A DNA stretch of 63,866 bases, filler included, from Licmophora abbreviata (lineage: Eukaryota): assembly GCA_900291995.1 (NCBI GenBank). It is 11 parts of 11 records of this genome, joined end to end, with 100 filler letters (N's around TTAATTAATTAA, not from the genome) between each part and the next. Parts side by side here need not be neighbours in the genome. Positions count along the whole stretch, not along the records: positions 62,653 to 63,866 come from OLMU01000876.1; 10 more parts are not named here. One strand, given 5' to 3'. The notes below the pieces were generated by a model. That model worked only from the letters and a program-made list of their open reading frames with translations, had not been told where the DNA came from and did not search any database. A program made the translations under genes and the position numbers. How positions within the stretch are numbered: the stretch's first letter is position 1; each line of letters starts with the position of its first letter. Positions 62,653 to 63,866 of this stretch are shown in pieces.

Positions 62653-63866
62653 AGAAAGTTTATCGGCAGTCTGGGCACGAACTTTGCCAAATGGAAAAGC
62701 AACGAGCTTCATCCCCGATATCGGTTGTTTTCTTCTCACGGTTGGATGTCTCTTGTTCTATTCGGCGTTCATTGGTGACCTGTTTGGAGCTCTTGCCTCT
62801 GGGTACTTGCCCAAGAGTGTCCCTGAAGCGTTTCGCACGCGATCAGGAGCGTTGCTACTACTTCACGCAGCTCCCATCCTTCCATTGTGCCTCAAGAAGG
62901 ATCTATCGGCGCTCAAGTACTCCAGCATGACAGGACTGGCCGGTATCTTTTATACGATCTTTTTCGTCGGCAAACGGCTTACGGATGGATCGTACAGCGA
63001 GGGAGGCAAGTTCTTTGACCTCATGTCGACCAAGCTTCAGCCAGCGATTCAATCTGGATTCCCCTCGAAAGGGAATGGAGTAGTCGGCTACATTGCCGAC
63101 ATGCCACCCTTTCATAGCGGCAAGGGACTGCTAATTTTGATGAACATGTGCTGCGTTGCGTTCGCATGGTAAGTGCTTGTCGCTTCAGAGCACAGACAAT
63201 TGTCATGCGACCATTTCTAAAGTCGTTCTCTGCCTTGTTCGCATAGTCACTATAATGCTGTCAAGTACTACATGGAACTTAAGGTTCGAAACATTCCTGC
63301 GTTGGGAGGGGTCATGGCGGCAGGAATCGGCGGAACGGCATTTGTCTTCTTGTGCATGATGATTCTCGGATACGGGACCTTTGGTGCCAATTCTCAGGCG
63401 CTTTTACTCAACAACTATCATGGGTCACAAGATGTGATGGCAGCGGTGGCGCGGGCCTTCACCGGCCTTGCCATCATCTCTGGCTATCCACTCATGTTCG
63501 CTGGACTCAAAGCCGCGCTCTTCTCGCTCACCAAACTTGACCGACCAGGAGTTGAACAGCGAGATGCCAAGCAGAATCTTCTATCCGCGATTGTCGTGGC
63601 AGGCATAGCCATTGGCGCCTGTTTCGTCACCGAGCACGAACTTGCCACTGTTATTGGTGTGGTGGGCAGTATCTTTGGATCAGTTGTCATCTACATGTTC
63701 CCTGCGTTTGTCAGCAACAGTCTATTGAAGATGACCGACAAGAAAGGCGAAAAGCTTGCCAAGCCCTTCTTTCGTGGCGAGGCTTACTTTAACAGCCTGT
63801 TGGTCGTGTTCGGTCTTGTCTTTGCCGTCCTTGGCACATGGATATCGCTTGCCGGGGACGGCCACT
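62653..63866 (+). CDS. Amino-acid transporter (Aa_trans/AAAP, SLC38-like), partial; intron ~63169-63246
   Basis: LPLCLKKDLSALKYSS, AFAC|HYNA, GYGTFG..SQALLLNNY, multiple TMs. Confidence 0.85.

Overview
Gene-dense (~50% GC) eukaryotic DNA, most likely a pennate diatom or related photosynthetic stramenopile. The evidence is short GT-AG introns, signal+transit bipartite presequences and a nuclear PsbU-like gene. The window is a draft scaffold of 11 contigs joined by ten artificial 100-nt spacers (N44-TTAATTAATTAA-N44). About 32 protein genes can be supported, including HSP90, TOP3A, UBA3, RAD52, GAA1, an SPX-only protein, ArfGAP, parvulin, p24, a DHHC-type acyltransferase, a PhoX/DUF839 fusion, a Tudor-MYB factor and two PRORP RNase P paralogues. 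I found no RNA genes, CRISPR arrays or transposons. Most interesting: (1) a ~2200-aa secretory-pathway protein fusing a duplicated, putatively TULIP/BPI-like luminal region to a two-fold PqiA/LetA-like membrane domain, a candidate single-chain eukaryotic lipid conduit; (2) a tail-to-tail PRORP pair with apparently different organelle targeting; (3) a probable 3-nt microexon in the PhoX fusion gene; (4) two adjacent perfect CTATAG-centred palindromes. All family calls are from motif recognition by eye, not database searches.
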